Positions 1 through 13,258 of a stretch of 64,000 nt of DNA are shown here, in pieces (the stretch's first letter is position 1; each line of letters begins with the position of its first letter). The DNA lies in contig OX597824.1 of the NCBI GenBank assembly GCA_951406725.2, positions 17,546,001-17,610,000 on the forward strand, written 5' to 3'. The notes beneath the pieces were generated by a model. That model did no database searches, was not told the DNA's origin, and worked only from the letters and a program-made list of their open reading frames with translations. The DNA comes from Octopus vulgaris. Lineage: Eukaryota. Both the position numbers and the translations under genes were made by a program.

Positions 1-24
1 TTTATATATATATATATATATATA

Positions 25-1094
25 ATAAATATTAGGGAATAAATCCAAATTTACAGGGAATAAATCCAAATTTACAGGGAAAAAATCAGATTTAGGATTA
101 AATCCAATTTTATAGTAAAATATGATATAATATTATTAGAGTCAAAACCACTATTTTGCAAAACAAACAAGGAAAGACTTAATCAATACATAAAATTTTA
201 ATAAAAAGTAAAAAAAACGCCACTACAGTTGTTTCTTGTCTTGATCGACAATCTTCAGGTGGACTTCCAATCTAAAATATCAATATTTTAAAATATAAAA
301 ATAATAATTTTAAAATAATTAAAGTATTAATGAAAAAATATAAATATATAATCTATTTATAACCTATATATAATCCATATATAATCAATATATAAACAAT
401 ATATAAACTAAAATAAACCTATCAACAATTAAATATAAAATATAAAATATAAAATATAAAACAAAACAAAAAATAAACTATATATACACCCATACACATA
501 TAACTAATTATATATAACCATATCTAAATACATACACTAAATCACACACCTATATATATATCCCTATACATACACATAAAAACGTCTAGGCAACGATAAA
601 TAAATAAAATAGCTAAATACTTCAACACAATACTTATTCATACTCCCTCACACACACATACAACCCACATTCCCGCTCTAGAAACGGACATCACTTAAAA
701 TTATGAACGGAGAAATGGAATAAATGGAATTAAAAATTATATTCACTTGGTAAAACGAACACTACTTAAAAATTATGAATGAAATAATGCAATAAAACAA
801 CAGACATCGCAAATAGACACAAATTACTACGAATTCCTTAACAAAACTACCATGATAAACCAAAACTCATAAAAACATATAATGATAAAATCTCCCTTTA
901 CTAAACTCTATAACATATCTATATAGCAATCCCCCTAACCTAAACATTCACACACAAATACACACACGTAAACCACACACCCACGACATATACAAATACC
1001 CACCCCACTTACACATACCTATACATACATATAAACCTCAACATATACTCCAAAAACCCACTTTTGTTTTGCAAAATAGTGGTTTTGTCTCTAA

Positions 1095-1105
<11 letters not shown>
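25..1105 (-). mobile_element. Penelope-like pLTR remnant between (TA)n tracts, with 43-bp inverted repeat and hammerhead motif
   Basis: Inverted repeat 125-167 / 1063-1105 (1 mismatch). Hammerhead on minus strand at 220-262. (TA)n on both sides. 21-bp tandem duplication at 34-75. Penelope assignment is inferred from this architecture. Confidence 0.6.
220..262 (-). ncRNA. Minimal type I hammerhead ribozyme motif, canonical core
   Basis: Minus strand reads CCAC-CUGAAGA-UUGUC(gaucaa)GACAA-GAAA-CAACUG-UA-GUGG. Stem I 4 bp, stem II 5 bp, near-palindromic stem III, GUA cleavage triplet. Confidence 0.8.
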
Positions 1106-1131
<26 letters not shown>

Positions 1132-1617
1132 ATATAAGTATATATGAATTATGTGTGTATGTAATTGTTGTATGTATCAATTAGTCTGTCTATCTTTCTG
1201 TCTCTCTGTCTTTTTCTCTATCTCTGTTTCCATCTGTCTGTCTGTCTCAATATATATACGCACGTACATATCAATGTGTGTATGAAAAGCATTATGTTTC
1301 GCAGATATGACGAAAGAGGGCATTCAAATATGGAATATATGCTACAGAATGTGCAGTCCCCACTGATTACAAGTGATTCTGTTTTAATCCCAAATGTCAC
1401 ATCATCTCTTTGAAGTAGTTTCGTCCATTTATCAACAGTTCCTCTGTCGCAAGAAAAACATCGGTTCTCGAGGCACCGACGGCGAAAGAAAAGAGGGAAA
1501 AAAAATGCGTATGAGTTAGAACTCACTTGGTGATGTAACATTTTCTGTACAGCCATTTATAGATACATACATATACACACACACACATACATTCATATAT
1601 ATATTTATATATGTATG

Positions 1618-1700
<83 letters not shown>

Positions 1701-1714
1701 GTGTATATATATAT

Positions 1715-1761
<47 letters not shown>

Positions 1762-1885
1762 CACGTTTGTATATGTGTATATATGTATATATATATATAT
1801 TTCTGTATCTCTCTTCTCTCTCCCCTCTTTCTCTCTGTTCCCCTCTTTGACTATATATGTATATGTGAGTGTATATAAGGATGTA

Positions 1886-1922
<37 letters not shown>

Positions 1923-2338
1923 TTATGCATGTATATATATATATATATATTCATACATATATGTCTGTGTGTGTGTGTGTGTTTGTTTGAATTTCTGTAT
2001 AGATATGCATACGTATGCTGGTATATATATGTGTGGGTGTGCGTTTGTTTGTTTATTTGTGTGTGTATATGTATGTATGTTTGTCTGAGCATGTATGTAT
2101 GGAAATATTTACGTACATACATAGATTCATTCTACATTCATACTTGCATATATTGAAATAGATCACAAGACACTACAGAGACAGAATAGAATATTATACA
2201 CTTAGCTCAACAGGCTCCATGTAAAGACACATTAATCATCCTAGACTGTAACGAAAACCTAACAAACTAGACCATTAATAAATGCTTACATAACAACTCA
2301 CTCGTTCCTCAGCCGTATATGTCACATTCTTGAATTCT

Positions 2339-2741
2339 TGGATCTTTTCGGTTTGAACGGCAGTTTCTCTAGCGGTGTCATATGAAATTGTCACCCATAA
2401 TTATGACCCTAGTATCGATCTATTGCATTTCAATCTGTTTTAGGGTTAGGGTCAGGGGTAGGGGAAGGGTATGTTTTTTTTTTCTTCAGAAATGTAAATA
2501 AACCCAATCTGTTTCTTATACGAGGGACATATTCATACGGCACAGAATAGGTTTTTTTTTTTTTTTTACCTCAATGGACGCAATTGATTGGTTGAAATTG
2601 CAGAAATTTAAGAAAACAAAAAAACAAACAAATATCTTACAAACTATAGAATATTCTCAATAAAGCCAAGAGAAAAAGACGTGTTATAAACACATTCTAC
2701 CAGTATACGAAGTTTACTGCCGTTCAAACCGAAAAGATCCA
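2339..2741. mobile_element. MITE / non-autonomous DNA transposon with 26-bp TIRs and internal TTAGGG-like repeats
   Basis: TGGATCTTTTCGGTTTGAACGGCAGT (2339-2364) is the exact reverse complement of 2716-2741. TTAGGGTTAGGGTCAGGG at about 2440-2457. Confidence 0.8.
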
Positions 2742-3199
2742 TTTCTTTTACCTCTTCTGTTTGATACTACAATGCCATCTTCTAAATCTATTCATATTAA
2801 GGCTCACCTGAAAAATCAACTCAGTCTTTCATCTCATTAACATGTGTTTATGTCTCGACGAATAGTTTTCATTGCAATAAATGTCAAATAGTCTATATCG
2901 TCACATATGATCTAAATGAAGAACATACTTCTTGCCAAAGCCTTCCGTAGATATCTAGTATCATTAGTTAAGCAAAATATAAACTACATTGACTTAACGG
3001 TCTTTAGTGACTGGGTGGTTATGATGGGCATAAATTATGCACAAAGTCTTAGATAATATGAATGTTTGTATGTATGTATTTGTGTCACTGCGAGTTGTTT
3101 TATGTACACACACGCACACACTCACATAAACATTCAAACATACACATAGACACATATACAGACACATACATACACACATAGACACACACCAACACAAAC

Positions 3200-3498
<299 letters not shown>

Positions 3499-3732
3499 CG
3501 ATAGGAAAGGTACATTGAACTAGCCGTGACGAATGGAAAATATAACGTTTCGGACATAATTTTTTCTTCACGATGAATTTGATAGGATGGAAATTCTGAA
3601 TTCTCCCTCTATATATATATGTTAGTTAGTTAATTTTTTGGCTCAAAAAGCAAAAAGCAAGGCCATGTAGGGGGACATGGAGTTATGTACAGGGTGGTGT
3701 TCATGTAAAGAGTTCAGGCCACTTGAGGTTTC

Positions 3733-3812
<80 letters not shown>

Positions 3813-3816
3813 AATA

Positions 3817-4986
3817 TACAAGGTTTTCGGGCTACATAAGATGACTTCAAGTCTCCTGTTTCCTTTTTGCTGGAACAGCTTGATGTATTGGTGAACAGTC
3901 TACGACGGTGGAGAAAATGAATGTTATAGCTGTAGTAAAGAAGAAGTTAGCGAGTATGGAGGACCGGAAGCCATCTGAATATTGCAAAAAATTAAAACCT
4001 GCCTGATAATGAGCCGCAACTGTTATCAAAGTGCTGAATTTATGTCTGTTGCCCAATACTTTTATGAACGTGGAGGCGCAATGGCCCAGTGGTTAGGGCA
4101 GCGGACTCGCGGTCATAGGATCGCCGTTTCGATTCCCAGACCGAATTTATTGAGCAAAAACACCTAAAAGCTCCACGAGGCTCCGGCAGGGGATGGTGGT
4201 GATCCCTGCTGTACTCTTTCACCTCAACTTTCTCTCACTCTCACTTCCTGTTTCTGTTGTACCTGTATTTGAAGGAGACGGCCTTGTCACTCTCTGTGTC
4301 ACGCTGAATATCCCCGAGAACTACGTTAAGGGTGCACGTGTCTGTGGAGTGCTCAGCCACTTACACGTTAATTTCACGAGCAGGCTGTTCCGTTGATTCG
4401 GATCAACCGGAACCCTCATCGTCGTAACCGACGGAGTGCTTCCACTTTTATGAACACCGTAAAGGTTGTAAGACGTCATATGGACATAATCCCCAAAGCT
4501 GAAAGGATCTTTGGGTGCGTCTTCAGTCAAGTGACGTCATGTCGCAACCCCAAATCCTGGGAACAGAGCCTTACCTTCAATATAGAGAGCTCTCTTTATG
4601 AAGCTGCTAGAGACTTTCTCAAACCCTGGCTAATGACGGTTGCTACTGGAAAGCCATATATGTGTCAGCAAAATTCGGCTGCTTGCCGTATCTCTGGACA
4701 GAGTCAGCAGTGTTTGCTTCTGAGAATTCAGTATCTCCAATCTTTGGCCTCCTAATTTCTTCCGTTGCAGTCACATGAATCACTAGGAGTGGGGCAAAGT
4801 TGAGAGTGACACCAAACACTCTACCTACAACGCATAGGCCGACAGTTACGAAGGTTCTCCCACGGTTACAAGGAGGAACGATTGCGCTAGGTTCCGGGGT
4901 CATCTTGAATTTCAAAATGCTTTTATTTCTGGATGGGATATTTTCTTTTCCGTTAATGAAAACAAATTTATCCCGAACACCCTGTA
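3817..4986 (+). mobile_element. Decayed Tc1/mariner-superfamily transposon, interrupted by a SINE
   Basis: Degenerate TIRs TACAAGGTTTTCGGG (3817) and CCCGAACACCCTGTA (about 4972-4986) within TA tracts. Remnant peptides [20 protein letters not shown] and WPPN resemble transposase KPW...YVFQQD.A and WPP.SPD motifs. Confidence 0.65.
4070..4443 (+). mobile_element. tRNA-derived SINE (family C), full length with 12-bp TSD
   Basis: A-box TGGCCCAGTGG and B-box-like GTTTCGATTCC. TSD ACTTTTATGAAC at 4058-4069 and 4444-4455. Head also occurs at 62348 (+) and about 7790-7823 (-). Confidence 0.85.
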
Positions 4987-4998
4987 TATATACCAATA

Positions 4999-5121
<123 letters not shown>

Positions 5122-5137
5122 GAATATATATATACGT

Positions 5138-5244
5138 AGAGTTTCACTGCGTGGCATCTTGTTTAAGTGTCTCCTGCTAGAGTCTTCGGCCGGCCCAACG
5201 CGTTGTGACTGGAGTTCGTTGACGGAAACTGAAAGAAGCCAGTC

Positions 5245-5327
<83 letters not shown>

Positions 5328-5533
5328 TATATACATATATGTTTACGTTTGTGTGTCACTGTCTCCACATCGTCGCTTCACAACCGGTGTGTTTTCGTCC
5401 TCTTAACATCGCGTTTTGGCAAAAGGGACCGATAGAATAAGTACTATGCTTACAAAGAGTAGGTCTTGTTCGACGAAAGGCTGTGCTTCAGCTTGGCCGA
5501 AGTCAAATATCTGAGACAAATAACAGAATAAAA
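5138..5533 (+). mobile_element. SINE family A, 5'-truncated and diverged
   Basis: GACGGAAACTGAAAGAAGCC-(TA)n-...ACCGATAGAATAAGTAC blocks shared with the copies at 17062 and 25859. Confidence 0.75.
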
Positions 5534-6112
5534 TAATGTACACACACACTCATATATATATATATACAAACCTACGTACGTGCACACAAATACACACATA
5601 TATACTTATATATATATACATACATACATACATACATTCACATGGATTGATACATATATATTTAATATATTCTAGAAGTCCATAATATATAGATATGGTA
5701 CATACGGTTTTTGGTAGTCAGTCCATATTTAATTACTCATTCTACGCCAGGCTCTAAAGATATTATCACTTTCGTGTTCGAAAATAGAATATCATTGATA
5801 TCACAAAAAGATACATCTCTCACACATTTACATTTTAGGATATTTCTGTTATCATTCAATTAGTTAATACGAAATTATGCATGATATATCTATTTTTTTC
5901 TATGGCGACACTTCAAAAGTACAAATCTAATTTATTTCCCGACGAATTTTAATGTCACATATATATGGGAATAATATTTTTGATAGTTAATTAAGAAATT
6001 CTGAAGTATATGCATATGAAATGGACTTAAATAGTAAACGCAGAAATAATTTGTGTGTGCATATGTAAGTATTTGTCTTGTATGTACAAGTATGAGGATA
6101 TGCATCAATTTC

Positions 6113-6176
<64 letters not shown>

Positions 6177-6205
6177 GTTGTTGTTGTTGTTGTTCTTGTT
6201 ATTAT

Positions 6206-6760
6206 TGAATGAGAGAGCAGAGCATGCCATCAAAGTGACACTGGGTTAAAATATACGAAGCCCAGTATACTCATCAGGACTACCCGTCTCATAAGGGAAC
6301 ACCAGGCACATGCGTCGCAACCATATGTTTGTGACATGGTGATTTCACATAAAGGTAAACAGCGCATGACCTTGCAGGTGGGGCCCAGTTAGAATTTTCT
6401 TCCGGTCGAGTAGCCCATCCTGCTCAAAAGGTCCATGAATAGGGGTTGTTTAAGGATCTTGAACGAAACACCCATGTTTCCAGAGGGGAATTATTCAAAC
6501 CCCAAATAATCCCTCTCAACGCACGGCTATGATGCTCCCTCACTACTTCTGCTCGTGATCAGAGATGCACATATCGTCAGCCACTAAGGGACATGCTCAA
6601 CTGGTTAAGGTCAAACAACTGACAGGCAAATCTGTGGTATTGAGCAGAATATTTGCTGTAGCCCATCTTTTATACCAAGACAAAGCAATGTACGTGATAA
6701 CACTTCCAAGCAGTTAAGATCAGCAGCCATGAGAGCCACTGTCTAGTACTGCATCAGAGC

Positions 6761-6791
<31 letters not shown>

Positions 6792-7112
6792 GAGTGAGAG
6801 AGCAGTGCATGCCATCAAAGTGACACTGGGGTAAAATATACGAAGCCCAATATACCCATCATGACTACCCGTCTGATAAAAGTACACCAGGCACATGCAT
6901 CACAACCATATGTGCGCGACATGGTGATCTCATATCAAGATAAACAGCACATGACCTTGCAGGTGGGGCCCAGTTAGAATTTTCTTCAGGTTGAGTAGCC
7001 CATCCCGCTCAAAAGGTCCCTGAATAATGGTTGTTTAAGGATGTTGATAGAACCACCCATGTTTCCAGAGGTGAATTATTCAAACCCCAAAGAATCCCTC
7101 TCAACACATGGC
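6206..7112 (-). mobile_element. Two head-to-tail copies of a non-coding retroposon (about 560 bp plus a 320-bp partial copy) separated by (TAA)n
   Basis: 6206-6530 aligns closely with 6791-7112. Each copy is bounded by (TTA)n runs. No ORF and no obvious tRNA head. Confidence 0.7.
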
Positions 7113-7182
<70 letters not shown>

Positions 7183-7183
<1 letters not shown>

Positions 7184-7790
7184 GACGTCACACTGAATAA
7201 AAGGTGATGTTGCTAATTGAAGATATTGTATCTACCGGGGTATTGTAATATCTGTCAAGTCACAGCAAGGATCTAAAACAGTACTTTACGCAATATATGT
7301 GTAGTTCCAAGTAATGCTGACTTTTGCAATGCAACTAAATCGTAGGATATCTCTAATGTTTATAGATGTTATTTTTTTTTTTCAGATTGGGTGGTATTCA
7401 ACCCAATGCTGCCACATCTGATCGATCTCAGTTCTCAGGTCTTCAGATTTGTCAACATTTTCTCTTTCTTTCATGATGTGTTGATCCTCTGGCACTGCTA
7501 CGTCTATCATTAGGCACTCTACTTCGTCCCCCCTAATGGTTACTATATCCGGTCTTCGTTGCCCCAAAACTTTTATCTGGAAATCGAAGTCCCAGAGGAT
7601 TTTTGCCTTCCCCTTTTCCTTCATTACATTTTCCGGTGTATTTTGGTACCAAGCACCCGTAACCTCATATCAATACTTATGGCATAGTAGCCAGTGGAGA
7701 TTTCTGGCTACTTTGTTTCTCTACGCTTGTACTCTTTCTGCGCAAGATTTTCACAAGCACTAAGAATGTCAGTCACACTTTCGATGCTGT
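7183..7790 (-). pseudogene. R4/Dong-clade non-LTR retrotransposon 3' fragment (Zn-knuckle remnant plus restriction-like endonuclease)
   Basis: ILWDFDFQ...RRPDIV...CLMIDVAVP (REL motif), upstream ESVTDILSACENLAQKEYKRR, C-terminal LQKSALLGTTHILRKVL. Ends in (TAA)n. Contains frameshifts. Confidence 0.8.
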
Positions 7791-8347
7791 CGGCTGCTCT
7801 AATCACTGGGCCATTGCGCCTCCACTAATGGGCCGTAACGAGTAGCCATCAATATTAATTGCAGGAATAGGGGTGGCTATATTTGGAGGCAGCAGCAACA
7901 GCAACAGCAGCAGCAGCAGCAGCGGAAATGATGCCGCTCTCCTTTCCCTGTTGCCAGAGTATAATTCTTGCTTATAATGGATTTGAAGTAATAATATTTC
8001 GGTTAAAGTAACCCTATCTTGTTAAATTCACCCTTTCAGTATGTTGCAGCTCTGAAGAAGGTAACTTATTCCATCAGTCTATATAGACTATGGATCAATT
8101 TATTAACATGATTACCCAATCGCACCACACATCTTCCTTATTTTATCAGAAACATAAGTAAACTTAAAATAAATGATCAAAAACCTGTTATCTATTACTC
8201 TGTAACAACATACCAATTTTACAATGTGGCTGTACTCTGATTTACAAATATTCTACCTGGCATCTTGTACAGTTCAGATTATCTGGATTCCCACTTCCAT
8301 CACTGGACGGATATTTTAGCCAGGCGTATCCTCCAGTATAGGGATGT

Positions 8348-8394
<47 letters not shown>

Positions 8395-8469
8395 ACAGAG
8401 AAAGAGAGCGAGAGAGAGGTATTAAGATAGATTGACAGATATATATATATGTATATACATATATATATA

Positions 8470-8527
8470 TAAATAGATAGATAAATAGATATATAGCTAG
8501 ATAGATAGATAGAAATATGGATGGATG

Positions 8528-8577
<50 letters not shown>

Positions 8578-8742
8578 AAGATGGATGGATAGATAGATAG
8601 ATAGATAGATAGATAGGTAGATGGATAGATAGATAGATAGATAGATAGATGGATAGCTAGATAGATGGATAGATAGAAGGATAGATAGATAGATAGACAG
8701 ATAGATATATTGGTAGATGGATAGATAGATAGATAGATAGAT

Positions 8743-8790
<48 letters not shown>

Positions 8791-8800
8791 GAATGGATAT

Positions 8801-8835
<35 letters not shown>
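8470..8835. repeat. (GATA)n/(GACA)n tetranucleotide microsatellite
   Basis: Direct inspection. Other GATA/TATC arrays at 24880-25362, 26525-26675, 39505-39579, 44699-44815, 46757-46871, 47583-47815 and 58712-58973. Confidence 0.95.
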
Positions 8836-9066
8836 TATATTCAGTATGTTATGCGACGTGCATGTTTCATTGTGTTTTATAATTGCTGAAATCTTGGCGG
8901 ACACATTCATGCTTATTTTATTTACCAAATGAAATTATTGAAGAAAGTGACAGTGAATTCCTTTCCAGGCTGGAATAGAATCCCGGTACACCAAAGGAAT
9001 ACTTACAGCGACTCACGAAATTTTTAGTAGATAAATAATTCCTAATTCATTTATTCTTTCATATAC

Positions 9067-9190
<124 letters not shown>

Positions 9191-9830
9191 TTCTTTTTAC
9201 TTGCGCCGATATTTGTCTTATGTTCTCGGGATATATTGCATCGGTGTATTGTGTCCCCTTCATATTTGTATTCTTTTGGGGTTTTTTTACTTATTTTTTC
9301 TTCCCCCCTTGACATACATCTTTGTTAATGTCAGAAGATTAAAAGATAGCTTGAAACTGGTCAATTCGTATAAAAACAGAAGCTGAAATTCCAATCACGA
9401 TTACTATCTTACAGCAAACATAGAATAAATTTGTGGGGAGAATTATTAAACATTCCAGCGGTTAGTGTTTCAAAATTGTTATCTTTTTAAATCCTCCTTT
9501 GCGTTGTTTTTTTGTTTGCTGTTTTTGTTGATTCTTGTTGTTGTTGTTGTTGTTGTTTTTTGCTGCTCCTGCTGTTAATATTGTTGATGTCCCTACCGAT
9601 GCGAATTGCTCAACTGAAAAACATGAATAAGTATTTCTCTTTTTTTTTTTTCCAGTGTCATCATACACATTTGTAAGCAAATTTTTATATACACTCTAGC
9701 TCTCACATACACGCACATGTATATACACACACGTAAATACATACTTACATACATATACGTATACGCATATTTATATACATAAGTATATTTACACACACAT
9801 ACACGCAGAAACATACACAAACACTCATAC

Positions 9831-9889
<59 letters not shown>

Positions 9890-9890
<1 letters not shown>

Positions 9891-10085
9891 AGCTGAAATT
9901 AATAGAAAATCAAAAGATGGAGAAAGGTATATGAACAACAAGCAAGTGTACTAGTATGACGTTCGGGAAAAATGAAAATGTATTTTACGTTTCGAGCTTA
10001 CGCTCTTCCTCAGAGAGGAATAACAGAAAATAAACAAGAGAAAATAAAAACAAAACTGGTAGATTTCAGCAGTTCAGCATGGCAA
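9890..10085 (-). mobile_element. Family H1 repeat with hammerhead motif
   Basis: Minus strand 9982-10017 reads CUGAGGA-A-GAGC(guaa)GCUC-GAAA-CG-UA. Core is canonical but stem I is eroded. Confidence 0.6.
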
Positions 10086-10815
10086 AGTATATTTATATAT
10101 ATACACGTGTATTTTCATGTAATTTTTTAATGCAATTTATAAATCCTTTATTATTTAAATGTTATATTCTCAGTTTGCCTGTCCTTCGGTCTTCCTGTCA
10201 ATATTTCAATCTTTATCTGATTTCATAGTAACTACGATCATCAGTACCAGTGTTTCTATTTTATACATCCCCCTCTTTCTTCTTTTCCAACCCCTCGTTA
10301 ACTTCTCCACTTTTCATTCACCTGCTACTAATGCAGATAACTTTTTTCACTTTTTGTTTTTGGCTTTCCAATTAAATTCCTTTAGGCACACCCCAATACT
10401 TGAGTCATAAATAGTTTAACCTGTTTGATACCAACTAACCTGAAACCATCTCTCAGTCTATCCTCAGGATTTATGTTTCAATTATTTCTCTCGAAATTAA
10501 AATCTTCCTTTAACATTTCAAACAAGAATGTGTTCTACCAGACATCTTAATGAAAACATTGGTTCTTTTTTTATCCCCTTCTGGAATTCTACATCATTTT
10601 TGAAAAAGCATCGAAACCCACAGTGTATGTCACTAGAATTATGGTTATTGACAGATTAATTAAATATATTTACCGACTTGCATTTATTAATAACCTACTA
10701 GTTGTCAAATAATTACGTGATATCTGATTCGAATAAGTCTAAAGCTATGCAAAATATGACACATATTCCTATAACTATTCTACACAGATTCCGATATATA
10801 TGAACATTTAGCTGT

Positions 10816-10919
<104 letters not shown>

Positions 10920-10924
10920 ATTCA

Positions 10925-11128
10925 AAATGTGACCGCGTGTGTACCGTTGGCGATTTTTTTCCCTCTGTCTTCCCTTCTCTGGATATTTCCTTCTCCTATG
11001 TTTCCGACGAAGAGCTCCGCACGAAACGTTTAACCCTCCTTCTTTCCATCTTTCCTGAGCGTCCAATAATACTATATTTGTTCCACGTCCTCGCGTTGTT
11101 GTGTTTTTTTGTGCTTTCTTGTTTGGAT
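10925..11128 (+). mobile_element. Short hammerhead-like repeat (H1-related) between (TA)n tracts
   Basis: GUUU-CCGACGA-A-GAGC(ucc)GCAC-GAAA-CG-UU-UAAC at 11000-11034. Downstream CCTGAGCGT...AATAC is shared with H1 copies. Confidence 0.55.
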
Positions 11129-11229
11129 TATATATATATATTTTAGCTTAAGATTTAAAAGAAACTTATGTTCACTATCTTTAATCTCTTCTTTGCTGGC
11201 AGAATAATTAGTCAGATGCAGCACGGAAT

Positions 11230-11280
11230 TTTGTGAGTGAACAGGTCGCGGTCTCAAAGCGACGTAAATATTTTGACAAA
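11230..11280 (+). ncRNA. Hammerhead-like motif with G3:C8 covariant core
   Basis: UUUGUGA-GUGAACA-G-GUCGC(ggucucaaa)GCGAC-GUAA-AUAU-UU-UGACAAA. Stem I 6/7 bp, stem II 5 bp, GAAA changed to GUAA in this copy. Confidence 0.5.
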
Positions 11281-12098
11281 TTAAATTTAAATGTTGAAGT
11301 AAATCTAACGGATTTTGTGTGTTTCTTAAATAGCTTATAAACATCTTCCACGCTGCAATTGTTTTCGTTCCAGCTCATGATCTCAGATCAGGTCACTTGC
11401 TATGCAAGTACATCTCTGTAAAAGAATAATTAGAACTTCAGTGAAAATTTCTATTCTGTTGTATTAAACGATTTCCACCATTCTGGTATCAACTTCCCCT
11501 CTGATATTTCCAAGGTTAGCACAACGTATTAATGAAATAATTTGGTCGATGTAAAACTATTACAATATTCCAGATGCCAATGGAACCCGAACAGATGAGA
11601 TGACTTGTGGTATTAGGGGGATACTGGATATTCAAAAGAAGTCAAGTGTACTAGAGAATTCCGTTTTTTTTTGTTTCCTTATTAAAATTCTTGGCACGTA
11701 AGAACTGTAATGGCAGCTACGATTTAGGCTAATTCTAATTAGCTAAACATCAATGCAAATAATTTTATACAACAGGATATTATAATTCTTGAGTGTAATT
11801 ATCGACAATTATTAAGAAAAAAAAAAACCTATAATTTCTAACATAAGAAATAGTATTATAAACAAAATGCCTCGTTGAATGCTTCGGCAATAGAATGACT
11901 GTGGAGCAAGGAACGAACGGTGTTCAGCTTATTTATTTATCTACTGAGTACCGTTGATAATAGTTTAAACAGCCTTTTTTTCACTTTCTGTTTATTTTAT
12001 CCAGTAGAATGTGGTCCTGCTGGCGTTAGAGGCTTGAGCGGTTTCGTCGGCCCACCTCCCAGAACTTACTTTTAAGTCCGCTGCTCATCTTCAACCGA

Positions 12099-12267
12099 AA
12101 TTTACATTTGACAGACATTTGTCCTCATCTTTTTGTCAACACAACGTTTCGTCTGATATATGTTCCAGCCTTCATCAGGCGTCTTCCGTCATCGATCGTC
12201 GTCGTCATCGTCATCATCAACATCATCGTCATCATCATCATCATCATCGTCATCATCTTCGTCGTCG

Positions 12268-12300
<33 letters not shown>

Positions 12301-12383
12301 CCATCATCATCAAGGCCACTGCCTGAAATGGAACTCGGAATCTTGGGGTTATTAACCTGCGCTCTTAACCACTACGCCATATG
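12099..12383 (-). mobile_element. pLTR/SINE-like unit: tRNA-like head, (GAT/GAC)n, hammerhead
   Basis: Minus strand TGGCGTAGTGG A-box and GAGTTCCATTTC B-box-like. Hammerhead 12138-12183 reads GACGC-CUGAUGA-A-GGCUG...CAGAC-GAAA-CG-UU-GUGUU. Confidence 0.75.
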
Positions 12384-12415
12384 CCTAAGGGCAATTATGG
12401 AGTGTATTTTAGGGC

Positions 12416-12987
12416 TTATAAATCCAACGTTTTCTTATCCTTCCTTAATACCGGTTCCCATATGCTATTCATATTTGCACCCGGTCTGCTTAGGAGGTTG
12501 TTGTGTCCTAGCATATGTGCTGCTTCTTTTAGTTTTCGTATTTTCCAGTGGTGTTCCCTGTCTATTTTAACTTCATCCCACAGGGGGAGGTGGTCTCCAT
12601 TTTTCCATACATGATCATCTACACCCGATTTATCAATATCTCCTCGTGTCACAGCTTTGCGATGTTCCTCTATCCTTATTTTGAGGGGGTGGCATGTTTC
12701 CCCTTTGTATAACCTACCACAGCTGCATGTAATGGAGTACACGCATTTTTTGTCATATTCACTTCTATTGGTGGTTTTACCCGAAGGAGATATTTACGAA
12801 GTGTTGTATTACTCTTCAAGACCGTTCTGATGTCATATGGACCGCATATATTTTGTATCTTTTCGGAGAGGCCTTTCACATAGGGTAGACAATCTGTAGA
12901 CAGTTTATTGGTTTCCTCCTGTCGTTTCTTCTTAATTGGAGTAGATATTATATTTTTGGAGTAATTTTTGCTTAACACATTGATCAT
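12416..12987 (-). pseudogene. Penelope-like element C-terminal region with GIY-YIG endonuclease (5'-truncated, one frameshift near 12745)
   Basis: LPYVKGLSEKIQNICGPYDIRTV linker, then YSITCSCGRLYKGETCHPLKIRIEEH...DHVW...RKLKEA. Matches the Penelope/Poseidon GIY-YIG pattern. Confidence 0.9.
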
Positions 12988-13077
12988 ATGGCGTAGTGGT
13001 TAAGAGCACGGGCTACTAACCCCAAGATTCCGAGTTCTATTCCAGGCAGTAACCTGAATAATAATAATAATAATTAC

Positions 13078-13110
<33 letters not shown>

Positions 13111-13185
13111 TACAATAATAATAATAAAAATAATAATTACAATAATGATAATAATAATAACAACAACAACAACAACAACAACAAC

Positions 13186-13258
<73 letters not shown>

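Noticed and set aside
1290-1560. Unique-looking segment with possible splice signals (ORFs 1165-1413 plus, 1218-1556 minus)
   Set aside because: No recognisable protein motif and no consistent acceptor-donor pair.
3545-3580. Minus-strand GUGAAGA...GAAACGUU hammerhead-like string in a TA-flanked island
   Set aside because: Stems I and II do not pair convincingly.
7860-7975. (CAG)n tract suggesting a polyQ, polyS or polyA exon
   Set aside because: Short, no donor site found and no recognisable flanking protein sequence.
12985-13056. Functional tRNA gene
   Set aside because: Acceptor and T stems are imperfect and the sequence is embedded in a repeat unit. It is treated as a tRNA-derived head, as are the other SINE heads.
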